This document shows, piece after piece, positions 61,039 through 64,000 of a stretch of DNA of 64,000 nucleotides; the first letter of the stretch is position 1; each line of letters starts with the position of its first letter. Source of the stretch: Polyangiaceae bacterium (GTDB taxonomy: Bacteria; Myxococcota_A; Polyangia; Polyangiales; Polyangiaceae); NCBI GenBank assembly GCA_025937785.1, contig JAICQQ010000018.1:3412-67411 (forward strand). Direction: 5' to 3'. A program made the position numbers and the translations under genes. A model generated the notes under the pieces. It made no database searches. It was not told the DNA's origin and was given only the letters and a program-made list of their open reading frames with translations.

Positions 61039-61179
61039 CTGCGCTAATGAGTGGGAGCGCAACTTGCGCCCGCGCGGCGCAGGCGCCACGATGCCCGTAG
61101 GTATGGGTCATGCAGCTGCAACTGCCCTCATGCCCTCGCCGTGACAAGCATGTCCGGGTAGGTGGCACGCCTTTGCTTT

Positions 61180-61194
61180 TGGCACGTCGAAAGC
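61180..61194 (+). promoter_or_regulatory. weak sigma-54-type -24/-12 candidate (TGGCACG-N4-AAGC) upstream of the Kunitz lipoprotein gene
   Basis: tggcacgtcgaaagc has correct GG-N10-GC spacing, and the GC lies 53 nt before ATG 61247. The -12 element is AAGC rather than TTGC. Confidence 0.25.
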
Positions 61195-61246
61195 CAGCGG
61201 ACCGTAGCTTCGGCGATTCGGCACGAAAGTTGCTGCCCGATACGCT

Positions 61247-62281
61247 ATGCTGCGAAGCGCTGTCATGTTCTCCCCGTGGAAGGTGGCCGTCCTCGCCGGC
61301 TGCGTCGCGAGCCTTGCGCTCGCCTGCGGCGGCAAGTCCGACTCCGACGTCTTCGATGACGGCGGCAGCGCCGGTACGGGAGGCACCGGGGGGAACTCAC
61401 CCACGAGCGGTTCGAATGGGAACGGCTCGAACGGGAATGGCAATGGTACTGGCGCGACGAACGGCTCGGGCGGCAGCGGCGGCACGCAAAGCACCGGCGG
61501 CAGCGACGGATCGAACGCCTCGACGAACGCCGCCTCCACGGCCAGCGCGTCGACCAACGGCACGAGCACGACCGGGAGTGGGGCGACCGGTAGCGGCACG
61601 ACCGGTAGCGGCACGACTGGTAGCGGCGGTGGGCCTTCGGACGACCGGTGTCTGCTGCCCCTCGAGTCGGGCGAGTGTAACGCCGCGTTCCAAGCCTGGG
61701 GCTACGACATCGAGACCGGGCGCTGCGAGGAGTTTCTTTGGGGCGGTTGCGGAGGCAACGACAACCGCTTCGATAGTTTGGAAGAGTGTCTGGGGGTCTG
61801 CGATCCCAAAGGCGACACCGCTTGCGAAAACAACACCGACTGCGTGATCGACCACGGTTGCTGTGGCTTCTGTGGCATCGACAGCTCCGACGAGCTCGCG
61901 GCTGTCAACGCCGAATACGCGAGCTTCCGAGCGCCGGAGTGCGCGCTGGTCGACTGCGAGTTCTGCCCGATCCCCGAGGATCTCGGCAACTTCGGTGCCC
62001 GTTGCAACGAGGGGACCTGCGAAGTCTACGACGTACGCAAGAGCGACCTGTCTGCCTGCAAGACCAGCGACGACTGCCGCTTACGTGCTGGTTTGAACTG
62101 CTGCGAGGGTTGTGGCGAGACCAATTGGGTGGCGGTGTCCGCCGACCATGAGCGGGTGGAGAAAGAGCTGTGCGGTGACATGCCCGCCTCTTGTCCTCCC
62201 TGCCTACCGATCGAGCCAGAGCGCACCATCGCGACCTGCGACGAGGGCGGGCATTGCCGGGTCGAGAGGTTGCTCCTCTGA
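61247..62281 (+). CDS. lipoprotein with Gly/Ser/Thr/Asn linker, one Kunitz/BPTI-type domain and a duplicated Cys-rich C-terminal module
   Basis: Lipobox LALACGG. CLLPLESGECNAAFQAWGYDIETGRCEEFLWGGCGGNDNRFDSLEECLGVC has the exact Kunitz spacing C-8-C-15-C-7-C-12-C-3-C and the F.[YW]GGC..N.N.F motif. It is followed by CENNTDCVIDHGCCGFCG and CKTSDDCRLRAGLNCCEGCG. Confidence 0.78.
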   Translation: MLRSAVMFSPWKVAVLAGCVASLALACGGKSDSDVFDDGGSAGTGGTGGNSPTSGSNGNGSNGNGNGTGATNGSGGSGGTQSTGGSDGSNASTNAASTASASTNGTSTTGSGATGSGTTGSGTTGSGGGPSDDRCLLPLESGECNAAFQAWGYDIETGRCEEFLWGGCGGNDNRFDSLEECLGVCDPKGDTACENNTDCVIDHGCCGFCGIDSSDELAAVNAEYASFRAPECALVDCEFCPIPEDLGNFGARCNEGTCEVYDVRKSDLSACKTSDDCRLRAGLNCCEGCGETNWVAVSADHERVEKELCGDMPASCPPCLPIEPERTIATCDEGGHCRVERLLL

Positions 62282-62357
62282 CGAAGACCAGGGTCTGCGC
62301 GGATGATCTCCGGGTGGCGCGACGGGATCTCCCCGCGGCACCCGCGTGTGCGTTCGG

Positions 62358-62717
62358 CTAGCCGCGATACTCGCAGCGCGCGTCGCAGGTTTCGTGCACC
62401 GTGACGACCGTGAGCGAGGGGAGCTCGGGCTTGATGCGGTCCCAGAGCCAACGCGCCAAGATCTCGCTGGTCGGGTTCTCGAGTCCTTCGACCTCGTTCA
62501 GGTAGTGGTGGTCGAGCTTTTCGTAAAGGGGTTGCCAGATGTCGTCGATGACGGCGTAGTCGATGAACCAACCGGTCTTTTCGTCGACGGGGCCCTCCAC
62601 GCTCAGCTCGATTCTGAAGCTGTGGCCGTGCAGGCGAAAGCACTTGTGACCTTCGGGAACACGAGGCAGCCGGTGTGCCGCCTCGAAGCGGAGCTCTTTG
62701 ACCAAACGAACGTTCAC
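62358..62717 (-). CDS. queD: 6-carboxy-5,6,7,8-tetrahydropterin synthase QueD
   Basis: 119 aa. [16 protein letters not shown] (zinc His), [12 protein letters not shown]. Typical QueD/PTPS-I. Confidence 0.92.
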   Translation of the reverse strand: MNVRLVKELRFEAAHRLPRVPEGHKCFRLHGHSFRIELSVEGPVDEKTGWFIDYAVIDDIWQPLYEKLDHHYLNEVEGLENPTSEILARWLWDRIKPELPSLTVVTVHETCDARCEYRG

Positions 62718-63028
62718 GGAGCGGGGGAACCTTTCTGGGTGCTCTACTCTGGGGCTCTACCTAGCACACCCCTGGGGCCGGGCGAGCCCGCGTTCTGCCG
62801 GGAGTCGCGTCGCCCCATCGCTTTTGCCACCGCGGACAGAACCGCCGATCGGACGGAATAGTACCAAGCTGCGCCGCCCCGTTGCGAGTCTGCGCGCCCC
62901 GGCAGGTAGCCTCTCGAAGCGCGGACGCGGCAAGTCAAGCTCACGAAGAGCTGGGAGCGAGAAGCGGACTTCAGGTGATTCGCATCGGGCTGGGGACTTC
63001 GAAATGCGATGCGCAGCCAACAAATCGT

Positions 63029-64000
63029 TCAATCGAACTCTAGCCGCCAGCGGATGTCGGCGCCGACGTTGCCGAGGGACGAGCTCGAGATGTCGTTGAC
63101 GTTGCCGTAGGAGCCTTCGACGCTGACCTGGGGATTCATTTGCCAGCGTAGGCTGCTCTCGACTTTGCTGGAGTCGCTGAGGCCGGTGGTGACCTGGGCG
63201 CGGAGCTGTTGGGCGAGGCGCTTTCCGATGGTGATGGTGGGTTCGGTGCGGCCGGACTTGGGGTTGTAGGCGCTGCCCATGGACGCGTTGTCGATGACGG
63301 GGACGGCGTCCTTGACGGCGCGGTCGGCACCGCTGAGCGTGCCCAGGGCTTCGAGGGCGACGCTGCTGCCGACGGCGGCGCTGCGATTCTGGTCGAGCTC
63401 GGCGCGGGTCAGGCCCACGGTGAGCAGCAAAAAGATGTCGTCTTGCGGCAGGTTGGGGGTGCTGGTGAGATCGATCTTCAGGTTCTCGGGGTCGCCGTAG
63501 GCGTGCAGGTTGATGCGCCATTGGCCGCCCATGGAGCTGGACGCGACGTCGCCGGACGAGACGGCGCCGGCGCCGGCGCTTTCGGCGCTGCTGACGTCTT
63601 CGAAGCGCCGGTAGTCGGTGACAGCCGTGACATCGACTTGCGGTTCGATGCGGCTGAGATCGTCGAAACGCACCCAGCCTTGGCGGATCTCGAAGTCGTG
63701 ACTGCGCAGGCGGATCTGCCCGCCTGGTTTGAACTTGAGGCGACCGAGCATGCCGAACCGCTGGTTGGTGCCTTTGAGTCGGAGGCCGGTGTCGTCGACC
63801 ATCAGATCCGTTTCGAGCAAATCGTTTTCGATATGCAGCGGACGTAGTGAACGGAGCTGGATGTCGAACTCCACCACGTCGCGGTCGGGGTCGTAGCTTT
63901 CGACTGCGGTGCGCTGGCCGCGCTGGGCAAGCGTCGTCAGGTCGGCGGTCATGCTCATCGGGCGCGTGTAGTCGAAGGAAGTGACCGTCACCTCGCCGTT
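63029..64000 (-). CDS. tamB: translocation and assembly module protein TamB, C-terminal DUF490 part (5' end outside window)
   Basis: The ORF is open to the window edge. Beta-rich sequence ending ..SSLGNVGADIRWRLEFD is the typical TamB/DUF490 C-terminus. Confidence 0.72.
   Translation of the reverse strand, partial: NGEVTVTSFDYTRPMSMTADLTTLAQRGQRTAVESYDPDRDVVEFDIQLRSLRPLHIENDLLETDLMVDDTGLRLKGTNQRFGMLGRLKFKPGGQIRLRSHDFEIRQGWVRFDDLSRIEPQVDVTAVTDYRRFEDVSSAESAGAGAVSSGDVASSSMGGQWRINLHAYGDPENLKIDLTSTPNLPQDDIFLLLTVGLTRAELDQNRSAAVGSSVALEALGTLSGADRAVKDAVPVIDNASMGSAYNPKSGRTEPTITIGKRLAQQLRAQVTTGLSDSSKVESSLRWQMNPQVSVEGSYGNVNDISSSSLGNVGADIRWRLEFD

Noticed and set aside
61163-61176. TGGCACG-CCT-TTGC as a sigma-54 promoter
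   Set aside because: There are only 9 nt between the GG and GC dinucleotides, and sigma-54 promoters are intolerant of spacing changes. It is kept only as context for the adjacent correctly spaced box.
62718-63028. Possible preQ1 riboswitch in the 310-bp region upstream of queD
   Set aside because: Read on the minus strand, I could not find the short P1 hairpin followed by the A-rich tail and the conserved CUA/ACUA elements of preQ1-I. It has only generic GC-rich hairpins. An Infernal/Rfam scan would settle it.

Overview
High-GC bacterial chromosomal segment, almost certainly Myxococcota. The basis is three secreted proteins ending in a MYXO-CTERM-type tail (Cys, hydrophobic stretch, RRRR), plus ECF sigma/anti-sigma, sigma-54 activator and Che-like modules. 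All calls come from reading the ORF translations and the DNA by eye; no HMM, BLAST or structure search was run. Start codons are often uncertain because long false 5' extensions and antisense shadow ORFs are common at this GC content. I support about 48 protein-coding genes and saw no rRNA, tRNA, CRISPR array, transposase or integrase.

Gene content in order:
- GlgE-pathway alpha-glucan genes (glgE partial, glgX, glgB).
- Envelope and secreted proteins: a PA-IL-like lectin lipoprotein, a GT-C-like membrane protein and a metzincin with MYXO-CTERM.
- A ROK kinase with a PIG-L deacetylase, CapA-like and Cys-rich MYXO-CTERM proteins, asd, and an ECF sigma/anti-sigma pair.
- A 1210-aa YyaL(thioredoxin-like)::aldo-keto-reductase fusion, H+-pyrophosphatase, and an NtrC-type activator with an Hpt protein.
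- A TerB-like protein, a solitary DNA methyltransferase, glutamate dehydrogenase, a TlpA-like redoxin, and a histidine kinase with an RsbW-like kinase.
- An ~11 kb chemosensory (Che-like) cluster, 34805-45655.
- corA.
- A tightly packed five-gene operon of uncharacterised envelope proteins, 47430-57323.
- A second Cys-rich MYXO-CTERM protein, a Kunitz/BPTI-domain lipoprotein, queD and the 3' part of tamB.

The most interesting signal is the Che-like cluster. Its core operon contains a CheW domain fused to a class-I terpene-synthase-like domain with altered metal-binding motifs. It also contains a separate alpha/alpha-toroid protein with a DLDCTA motif that echoes the class-II terpene cyclase DxDDTA. 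The cluster's only receptor is a membrane-embedded MCP with no periplasmic domain, and a FadL-type hydrophobic-compound porin sits next to cheB. I am not aware of a described chemosensory pathway with this composition.

The second candidate is the five-gene operon. It encodes two paralogous OmpA-like proteins with inserted peptidoglycan-binding modules and no signal peptides, a polytopic membrane protein, a Lys-rich protein with a caspase/DUF4347-like His...Cys pattern, and a lipoprotein.
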